61,785 bases of DNA, filler included, from Asterionella formosa (GCA_002256025.1; 26 parts of 26 records of this genome joined end to end with filler, not necessarily neighbours in it), one strand, 5' to 3'. Shown: positions 12,241-25,715, counted from the whole stretch's first letter. Program-made: numbers and translations. The notes: a model not told the origin generated them from the sequence alone.

Positions 12241-12584
12241 TAGGCAATGTATTACATAGCTGCAGTCAATGTATAGTATAGTAGTGACAATGGGAATATA
12301 GCAAGCTGTGTACTGGTGCTCATTCATGGTTAAAGTAGCTAGTCAAGGTATATTTTGCATCCTGCTTTGGCACAATCTCATTGCTTGTAGTGATTGGCCT
12401 GCACTAGAGTCACCATGTGTAACTAGTTCACCATCACTGTAATAAGTAACATTGACATTGATTCATCAAGTTCTGCATCATTATAAGCAATACCATCATC
12501 ATGAAGTGATGATCCAAATACAATTCAAACCATAATATCACTGAGAACCATCATCATGTTGTTTTGCCCGCAGTACCTGGTACT

Positions 12585-13058
12585 ATGATGATACGCATGG
12601 AGAGCAATTTGCTAAGTGGATCAACGATATGGGATGAGGATTGGAGAAAATGAGACACTACACCCATGGAAGTGGCAGGTGGACTTCTTGCCATAGCTCA
12701 TGATCAAAGTTCTGCACATGCTGCAGCTTGGTACAGTCCCAAGAGACAAAAGCGTGACATTGGTCGCCATTTCTATTTGGAGGAGTGTCGAGTGTGGATG
12801 AATTTAATTTATTGGGCGTTGCAAGAGTCTGGGTTGGTGGAATCAAATCCTTCTTTTGCCGACTATTACATTCGTTTTATTGATCATTTCGTGAGAGTCT
12901 ATGAAGGGACAGCGCCTATGTTTGCTAAAGAAAGCTTCCGCTGGTACACAGAACCATCTAGTAACACCAAGCTATACTTGAATAATGGATGGAAGATAAA
13001 ACATGTACTCGGCCTTTCGCTTTGGCAAGTGATTGCTCAACTTCGCTCCAGAGCATGA
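12585..13058 (+). pseudogene. Degraded copy of a conserved algal protein, possibly globin-like fold
   Basis: HGEQFAKWI (frameshifted), then HDQSSAHAAAWYSPKR..GRHFYLEECRVWMNLIYWAL..FADYYIRFIDHFVRVYE. The 5' part is missing. The fold call is recollection only. Confidence 0.45.
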
Positions 13059-14332
13059 AGCACATGATTTTGAGTGGAATTCTCCTGAACGTTCTGATCA
13101 GAAATAGTTACATTTTCGATTAGTAATTTTGGAGTGTTATGTGGCTCGAAGTAAAATAAAGGGAAAAATTGAGGAAAAACTCTAAAATACTCTTTTCAGG
13201 AAAAACTAGTAGGTTTCTGTTAAATGGATTGGTGAACATCACTCAACAAAAGATTGATCCAGTTGGAATGAGTTCTGGACCAGGAAAGCTGCGTCCTAAG
13301 GATCTAGCTCATTTAGATTAGAGCGTTCGCTCGTTGCATACTAGCACCAAAGAATAATATTTTTTGGAAGGATCTCCTGCTAGCAAAATTGAAAGTCATT
13401 TTTGTCACATGACTGAACCATCCATGCTGTGCTCCTGTATGGCATGATTTCTTGGTTTCGGCCATTGCTTTTGCTCGATACGCTATGACCTCTTTCTCAA
13501 GCTGTTTTGGAAGGATGTTATTGCCAAATAAGACAATGAACTCCTGCTTGTGTTCTGGCACTAAGTGAAGCAACCAAGCAGTGTCTTGTCAGCATAGGTG
13601 AATCAATACCTCGACTGTGGTGTGTCCATCACCAATCTTGCACAGGCCATGGCTGGCTGGTGATACAGTCTTTCATGCATTGTACCTTGAGGTCCATGCA
13701 CCAACTTTAATTTGACATACTGGTAAAGTCAATATTTTGTTTACCTTTGGTCTCTGACAAGAGCAAGAAGGCATTTCGGGTACTATGAGCAAGCAAGTCA
13801 TCTTGAATTTTCCGGAAAATCATATGTAGACATACTACGCATATAGATATATTTTTATATATTACACTGTTATTTTAAACTTTGTGCTTGTGTTGACCAA
13901 ATTTGGTGGTAAACCAAACACAATTTTGGGGTTATGAGTTTGCTTTAATATACATCACAAATGATGTAATTTTTATTTATTATCAGAGTGCGCCCACTAT
14001 GTGTACCGGTAGTGACACAATACCAGTAGTCGCATGACGGTACCGGTAGTTCCGGTTTCCTGAATTGTACGATGACTATCGTGTAGATGAATTATCGGTA
14101 CCAGGGTACCACCTAAAAACTGAGAGTCATACAAACTTTCAGTTTTGTACTGATAGTCATAACAAAACGGGGTAATCACACGGTTTGAGACGAATATTTG
14201 TAATATTATAAATCTGTATTAGACAAAGTCCTNNNNNNNNNNNNNNNNNNNNNNNNNNNNNNNNNNNNNNNNNNNNTTAATTAATTAANNNNNNNNNNNN
14301 NNNNNNNNNNNNNNNNNNNNNNNNNNNNNNNN

Positions 14333-15438
14333 TCCGGAGCTGGAAGTCCATGCTGGATGGTGCAATGGTTGTGGTTCCGGCGGAGGTGGCGGAGATTCCT
14401 CTGCAGGAAGAAGGTGTGATTCAGAGGCAGGTGTTGATGAAAAAAATCGCTCACCCGGGCCGCTCTCCAAAAAGTGCTGCTGATTTCGAAGGATTGAAGA
14501 CTCTTTTTGACCAGTTGCGGCTTCAAGATAGGGCCTGCACCACCAGGATGCTCAGTGTTGAGCTTAAGAGGCAACCTGGGAACGAAAATGTGTCGCTGAA
14601 GGCACTTGAAAAACGGATCAAGCGCTGGCTTGCCCGTGAGGACATTGTCATTAGGCGTGTGACTCGTGTCGCCCAAAATACAAGGCTGGATCAGGAGACA
14701 ATTCAAGATTTTGTTTCCTACGTCAACAATCAAATTGCTGCGTTCGAATTTCCTGCTGGAAACATTGTCAATATTGATGAGACAAACATCAATTTTGACA
14801 TGTTTGGATCAAAGACTTTGGCAACCCGAGGCGAAAGGACCATTGGGCTTCGAACAACAGGAAATTCGAATCGTTGCACTGTGTTGTTAGGGGTGACAAT
14901 GAGTGGTGAGAAGTTGCCACCATTCATTGTATTTACAGGAACAAGGGATGGACGTATTTCCAGGCAATTGGGATTACTAGACAACAATCAACAACTTTTT
15001 CCGGTCAGTATTAAATACGCTTGTCAACCCAAAGCTTGGGTTGATACAGACATATTTTTACAATGGATCGAAAAAGTTTGGCAACCATTTGCGTTGGGAA
15101 AAGGCGGTGAGCCTACTCACCTTCTTATGGATGATTTTACTGTCCACAAGGTAGGACGTTGTGTTGATGCAATTAAAAATTGCGGCACTGAGATTGATTT
15201 CGTCCTCCCAGGCTACACATCTAGACTTCAAGTGTTGGATGTAGGAGTTAATAAGCCCTTCAAGGACTACATGAGAGGATATTGGGAAGACTACATGGTT
15301 GCCAATGTGGATAATCCCAAGGTGCAAAGGCACCACATTGCACAATGGGTAGAGATGGCATGGGCTAGAGTCTCAATTCAAACAATCACCAATACCTGGA
15401 AGAGCATTGGATATGAGGGCTTTGCTGATGTTGACTAG
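14333..15438 (+). CDS. pogo/Tigger-superfamily DDE_1 transposase (DD35D), 5'-partial
   Basis: NIDETN...GEKLPPFIVF...AWVD...LLMDDFTVH...PGYTSRLQVLDVGVNKPFK. 35 residues lie between catalytic D2 and D3 (hand count). CENP-B-like helix region upstream (RIKRWLAREDIVIRRVTRVAQ). No internal stops. Confidence 0.93.
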
Positions 15439-15677
15439 TCAATAAGGATTGGATTATTTGATAATCTATTTTAACATTTAGTTTTAGTGAAACAATCATT
15501 ATCGTCAATTAGATTCAGGATGGCATTTCCTAATAGGCAAATAAATTAAGCTGATGACTACAAAAAACCCAAAACGGAGTGATTCTAATGCTGAAAATGC
15601 TAATTTCTAATACTATTATTAACATTCTAGTGTAGATTGGTTGAAGTATTCAAAGGCTTGTCCAGTTTTCATAACAT

Positions 15678-16070
15678 CTATTCCTGAATCTGGATGTCCT
15701 CAAGAAGCCGGAATGAACAAACTCCAAGGTTATTGTGGCTTTTTGCCCTTTTGGCAGCATTTTCACTAGAGTCATAGAGTTCAATAACTTGAGCAAACTT
15801 GTTGACAAACTTGTCACTTGTTTTCTTCAAAGCTGCAATATTCTTGCCAAGGAAACCAACCGTGCACAGTTCCGTCCCATCAAGGATCAGAACAGCCTTG
15901 ATACCTGCCTGATCAACTCCATCAATCGGGACCACTGCTGCCTTGAACCGAACACAATCATTCGGCCTCACAATTGCCCCACAGCAGGCATGCTGCTCAC
16001 AGCTTCTTCCATTGGTGGTACCTCTGAGGCCAAGGATTTCGCCATCACGAATGTCGTCCGCAATCATCAT
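15678..16070 (-). CDS. Small Cys/His-containing protein with HIRAN-like C-terminal pattern, convergent with the transposase
   Basis: Intact 130-aa ATG ORF: EILGL..TNGRSCEQHACCG..VRF..AGIKAV..DGTELCTVGFL..IA..FAQVIELY. The IKAV...G...VGFL...A spacing resembles HIRAN (NAIxV...G...GYxP...A). Confidence 0.7.
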   Translation of the reverse strand: MMIADDIRDGEILGLRGTTNGRSCEQHACCGAIVRPNDCVRFKAAVVPIDGVDQAGIKAVLILDGTELCTVGFLGKNIAALKKTSDKFVNKFAQVIELYDSSENAAKRAKSHNNLGVCSFRLLEDIQIQE

Positions 16071-16715
16071 GTTGCCAACCGGTATATGTGACGATATTTT
16101 ACAGGTGATGATACTTTACCGGAAACAGTAGGGTACCGGTAATATACGAAAATACATACTAATAAATAGAATACGTTTATGTTGTGTTATTTTTTCTGTA
16201 CACAGGAAATATTTGGGAGTGTTGCGCCAGATGTACAAAGGGGGGTACAGGTATCTGGGGGGATACGAGACACCAGGTTTTACGGTAAACTAATTTGGTT
16301 TTGTCACTGCCATCGAGAGCAAGGAAATACGGGATTGACAAGAAAAAACCTTCATTTGCTTGCCAATCCTGGTCACATTTTAGACTTTAAAAATGTGTAC
16401 ATGGCAAGCAAGCTAAGGTCTGAAATGTTGTCAGCATGATATTTCATTACATTTTTAGTTCAATGGCGATTTGATTTGATTGTGTAACATGATACCTAGA
16501 AACAAAAGCAACGAAGCTAGTAAGAAATTCTTGTCCCACTGTCCCTAATTTTGTACAGACAAAGCAACTCACCCGATGACTATTACAATTGTACATGGTC
16601 TTCAATGAAGGCAAANNNNNNNNNNNNNNNNNNNNNNNNNNNNNNNNNNNNNNNNNNNNTTAATTAATTAANNNNNNNNNNNNNNNNNNNNNNNNNNNNN
16701 NNNNNNNNNNNNNNN

Positions 16716-18998
16716 TTCTACAAAAGGAAGTTCAAGGATCTAAATACCAACGAGATTGCTTTGTTTGCAAATGGTAAATTCAAGGGACTTTGCAAGAATT
16801 GTGGAAAACAAGGACACAAGGCAGCTGACTGCCGATCCAAGAGCAATACAGCAGGCGCAAACAAAGAAACGAAAGGCAAAGGTGTCAAATGTTTCAATTG
16901 CAACAAGTATGCAGGTCACATTGCTAAGGATTGTCCTGAAGAAAAGAAAACAAAGGAAAAGAAAGAAACTGGAATGTTTGTTGGTATTGTTGAAACGATC
17001 GAAATCCATGATGAAAAGTCTGATACAGATGATGATTTTGAAATAATTGACTTGACTACAAGCAACAAGACGTTTTTTGACTATGAATATCTTGAAGACA
17101 CAATGGTCTACATTACATGCGAAGAAACAGAATATGCATTTATTGGAGTGACGATTGAAATTGAGGATGAAGAGATCAATCAAGCACACCATGCAAGCAT
17201 CAAAAACAGTGAGAGTAAAATTTGTGCATCAATCGAGGAAAATGAACGTTGGTTAGCTGATACAGGCGTAACCAGTCATATTACTATGTGCAATAAGTAT
17301 ATGACAAATGTGAAAGCAGTAAATGTACGCGTTGTTGTAGGCGATGGTAAAGAAGTCATTTGCAAGGAACACGGAGATGTCTGCGTGCGAAACAAAGTGA
17401 CCAATGAGACACTCTTGCTTAAGAATGTCCTATATACACTTACCTTTCATAAAAATATTATCAGCATTGGTACTTTTGTACGTGATGGTAAATACGAAAC
17501 TCGGTATGAAGCACAACAAAATGACTTTGACAAAAGCAGGAAAAACCGAGATGCTAGATTTCAAACATGATCATTCAGATGTTTTGTACTATTTCCAAGG
17601 AACTCGTGGAATTTACCCAGGTGGGAGTGATATCTTATCTGCAGAGGTCATCACAACTAAATTGACTGGTATGAACATTAATGAAGCTCACGCTAAACAT
17701 GGACATATTGGGGAAGCAGCATTGCGGGCTACTATGAAATCGCTTGGTAACAAATTGACAGGTGTGATGTATACATGTAAAGGATGTGCGCCAGCTAAGG
17801 CTAAAGCAAGAAGTGTTCCTAAAATGACTATGAGCAAGGCTACTCAACCGGGCGAACGTTTGTGCACAGATATCAGCGGTCCATATAAAAAGTCGATTTT
17901 AGGAAATGACTATTGGATCCTTGTTGTTGATGATTACACCGGAAAATCTCGGAGTTTCTTTGTCAAGAAGAAGTCACAGCTTGCTTCAAAGATTGAAGAT
18001 TTGTTGACTAAACTCAAAACGGCTGAGTATGTTATTAAGTTTCTCCGTTGTGACAATGCGGGTGAAAACGTCTCAGGTTCGACAAAACTATGCGAAAAAT
18101 TCAATATTCAAATCGAATTTACGGCACCCTACACACCATAACAGAATGGAATTGTTGAGCGAAAGTTTGTAACCATTCGTCAACGAGCATGTGCAGCAAT
18201 GTTTGCTGCAAAATTTAATGATGAATTTCAAGGTTTACTTTGGGCAGAGGCCATCAACACCAACACACGAATCACGAACATTGTGGCCACATCTAATGAT
18301 GTAAAAAGTGCAGATGAGAAGTTTTACAAATAGGTTCCAATGATTTACGATCATCTAATGCATTTTGGCAGGATCGGATGGGTGAAAATTGGTGCTAAGA
18401 AAACAAATAAAGTCGAAGAAAAGGCCATTAAATGTGTGATGGTTGGTTATTCTCATGATCATGCTGGAGACACTTACCGAATGTTTAACCCTCAGACAAG
18501 AAAGATTTTAAATAGTCGAAACATTCGTTGGGCTAATTGGCATGGCCAAACAAGTCCAATCGCAGGTTTGAGGGATTTCAATGTGGAAGGGGACACAGAA
18601 GTGGTTGTTATTCCAATTGATGATGAAAAGCAGGACGAAGATGTTCTTCCTGTTGTGCCACCTATCCAGCAGGATATTGATTTGGAAACACCTGTTCCAG
18701 TTGTGAAACAAACAAGATTTCAGCTATCCGAAGCAGTGGGGAAGTTAGGTGATGAGATCAACAAAGATGCTTCGAAGAAAGCAAAATTGGAACTAGAATT
18801 GACACGCCTTGATGGTTGGAAAGAAGTTACTGGCAAACGCAGTGCTCGGCGCAGCTTACAACTAGATGACAAGGACAAAGGATCAATTGAAGAAATAGAT
18901 TATTCTGAAGCGGCCTATCAAGATGATGATGAACTATTTCAAAGTGAAGAAGGAGTAGAGAGGTTCTATGCATATTCTACAACGCTTGCTTCCGATCC
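16716..18998 (+). mobile_element. pol: Ty1/copia gag-pol, degenerate (zinc knuckles, protease, integrase)
   Basis: CKNCGKQGHKAADC, CFNCNKYAGHIAKDC, WLADTGVTSH, HAKHGH..CKGC, RLCTDISGPY, LRCDNAGEN, YTP*QNGIVER. Frameshift near 17500; stops at 18139 and 18331. Confidence 0.93.
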
Positions 18999-19098
18999 NN
19001 NNNNNNNNNNNNNNNNNNNNNNNNNNNNNNNNNNNNNNNNNNTTAATTAATTAANNNNNNNNNNNNNNNNNNNNNNNNNNNNNNNNNNNNNNNNNNNN

Positions 19099-21386
19099 AA
19101 AAAGTAGAAGTGGAAGTTGATGTTGGAGATTTCGGTCCAATATCAATATCATCCTCCACCAAAGACTCAAGCCTCGGGAGGCGAGAGATGGAATCTGCAA
19201 TAGCATTGTCAGTCCCTTTCACATAATGAAAAGTAGGATGGTATTCTTCAATGTAAAGTCTCCATCGTAGAACATGTTGAGTATGTAATGTATTATAAAT
19301 AAGATTTCGATGATCAGTGTGAACATGTAGAACTGCGCTCAATAACATAGAACGAAATTCTTTGAAAGTTTCTACCACAGAAAATAATTCTTTATCAATT
19401 GTAGTATAATTCTTTTGAATAGCAGATAGTTTGCGCGAATAATAAGCAACTGGGAGATCATTTTGCATAATGACCGACCCTAATTGATAATCAGAGGCAT
19501 CAGTAAAGATATGAAAAGGAAGATTATGGTCAGGATAACGCATGAGTGTATCTGCCACTAACAATGCTTTCATTTCTCCAAAAGATTGTTGATGGATAGG
19601 TAACCAGACAAATGGACTAGTTCCAATTAAATCCGTAAGTGGTCCAAGAACATGCGATCGTCTAGGAAACATGTCTCGATAGTAAGTAACAGCACCGAGA
19701 AATGATCGAACTTTTTTAAGATTGGTAGGTGAAGACACATTAATCAATGCTCGGACCTTTTTAGACCAAGGTTTCAGTCCATTAGGAGTTAACCAATAGC
19801 CTAACCAATCTGTCTCTTGGACGGCCCATTCACACTTAGATGAATTAATTGTAAAATCATTTGTCTGTAAACGATATAAAATAGTGTCCAATAAATGAAG
19901 GTGATCTGAAAAATTCATTGAAAAACAACCCACATCATCAATAAAAATTTCCACATCATCTAAATCACTAAGGATCTGTTCCATGCTTTCTTGTGCAATG
20001 TTAGATGATTGTTTCACCCCCATAAGGAGGCGTAAATATTTATATAAACCAAATGGAGTTGAAATAACACACAAGTTTTGACTCTCCTCATCCAATGCAA
20101 AAGTATAGTATTGCATGGAAACATCCAATTCGGTGAAAAATACATATCCAGCACGTTTAGTGAGAATATTTTGTATTCGAGGCAAAGGATATATTGATGA
20201 CTTTATTAAGTTCACGAAAATCTGATACCCATCGGACACTTCCATCCTTTTTTGGAATAATAAAAGTGGGAGATGACCATTTAGAAGCACCACATTTTTG
20301 TAGGACTCCAATATCACATAATCGTTGTAATTCCGTTTTGAAAAATTTTAAATGAATATGAGCGACCGGATATGCTCGTTGATGACGAGGAACAGCATTT
20401 GATAATAATTCCAAATGTACCTGTTTATGAGGATAGACTTTTAATTTGCCATCAAATAATGTTTGATATTTAACCAATATAGATCGTAAACATGATCGTT
20501 GTATTGTTTTCAAATGTATCTGTTTATCCACCACTGTAGCTATCAATATTTACGTAATTATATTCAGCAGCCTTAATTTTGCAGCGCATATGAAGATTCC
20601 ACAATCATAGGTGCATCGAAATATAATAATATATCTCGTAAACGTTCTTTATCATCAAAGAATGTGAGAGGATGCATAGGAACAATCATATCCATACAGG
20701 ACATGTTGTTATTTACGAAGTCAATGGTTAAACCAATTTGACGTAGGAAATCACGTCCTAAAATAACGTCAAAGGTGCATTGACCATTAAAGACTTGACA
20801 CTTTTGTTGTAAAATATGAGCGGATCGATTAAATTCCGGTAAAATCAGGTCATATAGCATGACACTGGCATGAGATGAATAAGTACCAGCTATGGTATGT
20901 ATTAATTGGGAAGTCTCGTCAGACAAAGAAATACCTTGAGGTATAACCCTTTCATGTATTAAGGATAACGATCCTCCACTATCGAATAATACTCGTAGTA
21001 TTTGATGTATCGGTATATCCACCAATCTTGGCGCTAAAAGGGACATCGGAATCAAATCAATTGATGTTAATATATCCTTAGAAGTAAAACAGGAAACCGG
21101 AATTGGGCCCTGATATGTATATGGAACATCATGTCCATCAATACAGTTATATATATCCCGCGTAACCTTAACCGCGGTATCCATAGTGTATTCAACCTGT
21201 AAATAAACAATATTATTCAGGTGATGACTAACGTGAGATATACTCAACGAGTCATTATAAATAGCATCGCTATTATCGCACATACCTCTGTAATGGCGAT
21301 CAGCAATCTGCTGTTGTATAGTAGGGACAAAAGTCACTATCTGGCCAGCAGGAGGGTTCGTGACCACTGAAATTTCCTGGGCAGAT
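19099..21386 (-). mobile_element. pol: Ty3/gypsy pol (protease-RT-RNase H), frameshifted copy
   Basis: LFDSGG, PTFIIPKKDGSVRWVSDFRELN, FIDD, TDASDYQLG, VHTDHRNL. Highly similar to 40523-42798 but split by indels near 20580, 20540 and 20190. Confidence 0.95.
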
Positions 21387-22971
21387 NNNNNNNNNNNNNN
21401 NNNNNNNNNNNNNNNNNNNNNNNNNNNNNNTTAATTAATTAANNNNNNNNNNNNNNNNNNNNNNNNNNNNNNNNNNNNNNNNNNNNTGTTGAGATCTGGC
21501 GTACCGTAACGAGAGGAGGAACAAAAAGAAATCACATTGATTTACGCCGCACATTTTGCTTCAGCCAACATCAGCTGTAGTTGTCGCATTCTTGTGACTT
21601 CGGAGAAAATATTAGAACACCAGCCATGTTCTTTGATATACCGGCATATCTTGATTATCAGTCCTGAGTCCTCAGCAATTCGCCTGATGGTGCTAGAATG
21701 CAACTTGCTGGTTGAATCTTTATTCAGCAGAATCGACGATGAGTTCTTTGTCTTCAAATGACCCCAAGGGATACCCATTCTGCGACCATCTACCAATCAC
21801 AAATTGTTATTTTAATGACCCACCGGGCGACCTTCACTCACTGCGACTAAAAGTATAAATTTCTTATTTATTTGGGAACCAGGACAACAAGGACTCCAGA
21901 GTGCCTGGTACCAGGATGCCGGTAGAGCACAACATGGTCATCAAGAGAAGAACATTTCATCATCCATAGAGACATCAGAATCGAAGCATCCTAAACATAC
22001 GACGACAAATTAAACGTAGTTTAGGATGTCGATGACAATATCTATCATCACTGGTACCGGCAAAATAGAAGTTTACCAGCAGTCTACCGGTACTGGGACT
22101 ACTGGTGTATGGTATGGTACGGTAACTCCCATGGTTGAAAATAGTGGCTGTGATTCTTAAAAATGTTTCTCCGTGGGCATTTTGACTCCCACGACTTTCT
22201 CCGGTTCAATCACATGCGACCTTCGCCACATGTGGTCAAACGTTTGTATTTTCCGTGGTGTTAAAGTCTGTTTTTCCGATAAATAAATAAATTCTTCTTC
22301 GAGTTTCACCAAAGTTTGTTCAGTAGAGCCTCTCAACAAATGCCTATAGTCCCTTATGTTACTAATCTTATTTTGGAAAATTGGCCATGAAGATGCCCCT
22401 TAAGCACAATATAGCAGGAGACAACCACTAGCAATGTTATGTCAACCAGCTGATTGACAATGGTGAGGGTGCTTTTGGTTGCATTGGTGAACTAATGAAC
22501 ATATATAGTAATGATAACAACCTATAGGCATTAAAGACTTGGCTGATACTATCATATGTTTTGAGGCACTTTGATGCTGATCTGGTGCAGTGAAAGAGGG
22601 AATGGTAGCAAAGGACGACGAGGATAAAGGAAGAGGAGAGTGGTTTGAGTCAATTAACTAACCTGACAAGCTCAAGAGGAGTGTGGAAGGGGGTATCTTA
22701 AAAGAGTGATGAGAGTATATTGAAACTAGTCTTTGTAAAGATAGAGAGTAGAGCGAGAACACGAGACAGGCGCTCACGGACAAACAGACAGACACATGAA
22801 TCGACGTCATGATAGGACAGTGATTCATATCATCTGGCAGATCTGTAAGATATTTGCTAGGCAATTTGCATGCAATGGTGGTTCGAAAACTTAATCTCCA
22901 AACAATCCATCTGACAATCGCAATTTGCCATGACACCTCCATCACTATACCTGTACATTGAAATACCTGTT

Positions 22972-23237
22972 GGTCCCTCCCCTTGTCCTTGATGCTCAGT
23001 TGGTTGTAGTGTTTCTTGAAATCTCCACCATTTGGTGGTTCCTTGACTGATTGCTGATGTCCACCCAGCAGGAGCGATGTTTCTTGGACTTTAAGAACCT
23101 GTTCTTTACTTCCCCTGTCCTGCCCTCCTTGATGCTCCATTGTTTGTAGTGTTTCTTGAAATCTCCGCCAATTGGTTCCTTATTGATTGCTGATGTCCGC
23201 CCTGCAGGAGTGATGTTTCTTGGACTTTCAAGAATAT
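22972..23237. repeat. ~135-bp imperfect tandem duplication
   Basis: CCTTGATGCTC...TGTAGTGTTTCTTGAAATCTCC...GATTGCTGATGTCC...GATGTTTCTTGGACTTT occurs twice. Confidence 0.85.
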
Positions 23238-23868
23238 GCCAGTTTTCTCGTAAGTCAACCCATTCCTTGTACTGTTGTTACAGTTGCTTCCGCAAGATGG
23301 GCGAGGTATGGAAATTGAATGCTGGAGTGAGATTCTGGTAGACAAATACGTGCTTCAATATCTGGTCTGCTGGTTGTCACTTGGGGGAATAGGGGGCGGT
23401 GCCTTGGTTTGTTTGCCACATGAGGGAAAACAGACAATTGCTTCCCTCCCTCACCTCCAAGCTGCTACTAGCTTGTACATAATCCCAACAATCAACTAGT
23501 CTGATGTTGTGAGACATCAAACAATACAAACAAGATATCAGTTGACAAGGATGACAATGACGACAATGACAAAGACGATGATTCAGGTGATGTGTGATGA
23601 TTCAATTTTTATGGTGCGTGATCTAGCAATGTTCCCTGTGCATATGTACAACTGGCTTAACCGTTTTCTTGTGATCTCAGCAGGGAGAACAAAACCTGTG
23701 AAGGTTTCTGCAAACAGGTATGTGAGTGGTGAATCTCCGATATAATGAAATCGCCGAAATTTGCGATTNNNNNNNNNNNNNNNNNNNNNNNNNNNNNNNN
23801 NNNNNNNNNNNNTTAATTAATTAANNNNNNNNNNNNNNNNNNNNNNNNNNNNNNNNNNNNNNNNNNNN

Positions 23869-24640
23869 AGGGTCGTGACTTTAGGTACCGCTTTGGCCTT
23901 TGCCTTAGCTAGTGCGCAGCCTTCACACGACTGAATCTTGCCCGTAGGTTCAATACCGAGGGACTTTAGCGTTGCGCGAAGGGATGCCTCGCTGATGTGG
24001 CCATATTTGTCGTGGGCCTCGTTGATGTCAATTTGCGTTGGTTTCTTGGTAGATTTTGCTGTAGGAAGTTGCGTCACTGTCTTGGTATTCGTTGGAGTAG
24101 GATCAGGTGTACGGTTTGTTGTCGAGTCGTGAATAGACAAGACCGTTTCGGACTGTAGGGCACGTTTTCCCTTGAAGTAGTAGAGGACGCCTTGATCCTC
24201 ACAAGAAAAGGTTAGTTCGTTGTCGTACCCTTCCTTATGTAGACTCAACTCAGACCCCTTCATGCGTGCCTCGCACCCTCCGTTCTTGACAAATTGCCCG
24301 ATGCTGACGATATTCTTGTGGAAGTGAGGAGTGTAGAGTACCTTGCGTAGTAACATGGAACACGTCTTGTTGGTAATCAGAATATCACCTCGTTTCGTGC
24401 ATACCACCTCTTTACCGTCACCGACAATGACCGAGACGTTGACATTTTCGACGTTTGTCATGTATTCGTCAGTCATAGTGATGTGCGTGGTAGCCCCAGT
24501 GTCCGCGAGCCAGCGCTCCGTTCCGTTGCTTGATGCGCAGTATTGGTCTTCGTACCACTCGTCTTCCATTGTAGGGACGAAACACACGCGTAGGAGTTCT
24601 TCAGTAGCTTTCTGCGTCACGTCCATGGTACCAGTCAAAA
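23869..24640 (-). mobile_element. pol: Ty1/copia protease plus GAG-pre-integrase fragment
   Basis: WLADTGATTHIT, VIVGDG, VLYTPHFHKNIVSI, EAHDKYGH..CEGCALAKAK. Same clade as 16716-18998. A matching 79-bp piece lies at 56963-57041. Confidence 0.9.
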
Positions 24641-25715
24641 ACTGCTTAAGACCACTATGAACTGCTTAGACCACTATAACGGGGTAATCTTACATTTTGT
24701 ACTACAAACTTTTTCAATTTTAGCAATACGACAATATTTACTATGAACAAGTCATTTGTTTCACGCATCTACATTTAGGATGGCTTAACGCCCGATCGAT
24801 GTTGTGTTCCAGTTGGTGAGATAAACGACTTCGAAAATGTTGAGTGAGGCACATCGGAAGAAAATAAAATTACCTCGTTTAGCTGGGCCGACATTTTATA
24901 TTCATATACGATATTATATAATGTTTTATACTCCAAATTAATATAGCTTCCTTTAACGCTTTTCTTGAGGTGGATTATAATTACGGCGCGATTGTGTGCG
25001 ACATCCCAATGTAAACATGCACACTACCAGTACCAGGTACCGGTAGTTCGCACCATAGCAATTCAGTGATTTTGTACTGTCAACATAGATGCATCCTGAA
25101 ATGCTCTCGAGACCATCACAATATACCACATTTTCATTTCTCCGGATCTTACAACTTAGTATAATGAACCGAAGAAGTGCCAAACCCCGAGCAAGTACAG
25201 AGTTATTTGTAAGTCTCTAGATAAGGATTTAGTAAAGCTTGTTCTAAACAACAATGTCAGAGAAGTAGATGCTAGAAAGGCTAGCGGTAGAGGAGTTGTT
25301 TTACCAAGTGGCGCTATTGCTATCTAGATTATTAGTAGCAGACAAAGTTGACACAGTAACGTGGCTAACAAAAGACATGGTGAAGTACCCTTTGAAGAAA
25401 TTGAATAATGACAGCAAAGATCTAGTAGTAGGGGGTTTGAATTCTATAGTGCTATTGGATTGTTCCCCAGCAGAACGAATCGAAACTAGCAGTACACTTA
25501 CCTTTGGAACCAGAGCCACCACTACTGCATCGTCCACTTTGACACCAGATACATGTAATGCAGATAAACACAGCAGTGACAGAAACAATAATCTAGCCGA
25601 TAGACCGGAACAGCATGAGACTCAACAAACACAACTTTCCGGTGAGAAGGGGGGAAACAAATACAAACGAAAAAAATGTTCAATTGAGACCATGAAACTT
25701 GCTCCAGCACCATAA

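Noticed and set aside
21496..21796. Possible first exon and 50-nt intron on the minus strand
   Set aside because: Intron unusually short and the peptide unrecognised; insufficient support.
25269..25715. Kinesin-like CSP..ET.STL.FG.RA motif
   Set aside because: Only a short, weak resemblance; no P-loop or switch motifs.
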